From Phoronis australis (lineage: Eukaryota > Animalia > Phoronida), in NCBI GenBank assembly GCA_002633005.1, contig NMRA01000517.1, positions 248,214 through 309,279 of the forward strand: a stretch of DNA of 61,066 bases. Direction: 5' to 3'. Both the position numbers and the translations under genes were made by a program. Positions within the stretch are counted from its first letter, which is position 1, and every line of letters starts with the position of its first letter. This document shows, in pieces, positions 60,432 through 61,066 of the stretch. The notes under the pieces were generated by a model. That model ran no database searches. It saw only the letters and a program-made list of their open reading frames with translations, and had not been told where the DNA came from.

Positions 60432-61066
60432 ATAGTGAGATGACGCTATCCTCCCATTTTCAGATGGATTTGACATAGTTTGCGCCACCTAGTGGCCATT
60501 TTAAGTGTATTCGAGTCTGTTTTTGTGCGTCCACCCCTCTATCAACCAAATCGCTCAAAGGATGATTGTGAAAATTGGCATGTATATTCTTACTATGTAG
60601 AGGACGGTTGACGGTGATTTTCCGACGATTTCGAGTACTGTGGCGCCTCCTAGTGGCAGTTTTGTTTTTTTTGCGCCTATGGCTGTATCTCCTAAACCGT
60701 TCGCAGGATCTTTACGAAATTGTGTAAGTATATTTATATGATGTTAGCAACGGAAGATGACAACTTTTGGACAGATCCCACTACCGGTGTGCCCCCTAGT
60801 GGCAATTTTAGTTTTTTACGCTTACGTTTGTATCTTCAAAAGTCCTGAACGGATTTTCATGAAATTTGATATGTAGGCACCTATTAGTGAGGTGACGCTA
60901 TCCTTCCGTTTTCGGATGGATTCGACATAGTTTGCACCACCTAGTGGCTATTTTTACTGTTTTCGAGTCCACCCCTCTATCAACCAAACTGCTCTAAGTA
61001 TGATTGTGAAAATTGGCATGTATGTTCTTACTATGAAGAGGACGGTTGACGCTGAATTTCCCATGA
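60432..61066 (+). mobile_element. HINE-like element, copy 4 (runs off window end)
   Basis: Subrepeats closely match 2258-2700 and 20369-20900. Confidence 0.72.

Overview
Animal (invertebrate-type, AT-rich, repeat-dense) genomic DNA with two assembly gaps. One intron-rich + strand gene spans about 0.7-52.5 kb. It encodes a xanthine dehydrogenase/aldehyde oxidase-family molybdo-flavoenzyme. I traced 22 GT-AG exons by hand (3,276 nt, 1,092 codons, phases consistent, no stops) covering the FAD and molybdopterin domains, plus a tentative last exon; the 2Fe-2S exons lie upstream of the window. The protein keeps Glu802/Glu1261 but differs at many XDH specificity and NAD-binding positions, so it looks like a divergent oxidase-type paralog. 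The introns carry a near-intact mariner, several TTAA-flanked Kolobok-type elements (two form a ~1.67 kb inverted pair in one intron), a solo LTR, Penelope remnants (one with a decayed hammerhead), MITEs and many minisatellites. The most striking signals are (i) a Helentron/HINE-like repeat family carrying co-oriented CTCF-consensus motifs about every 145-160 bp, and (ii) a ~1.1 kb minisatellite built from the exon's own 3' splice site. All family assignments are from recalled motifs, not database searches.
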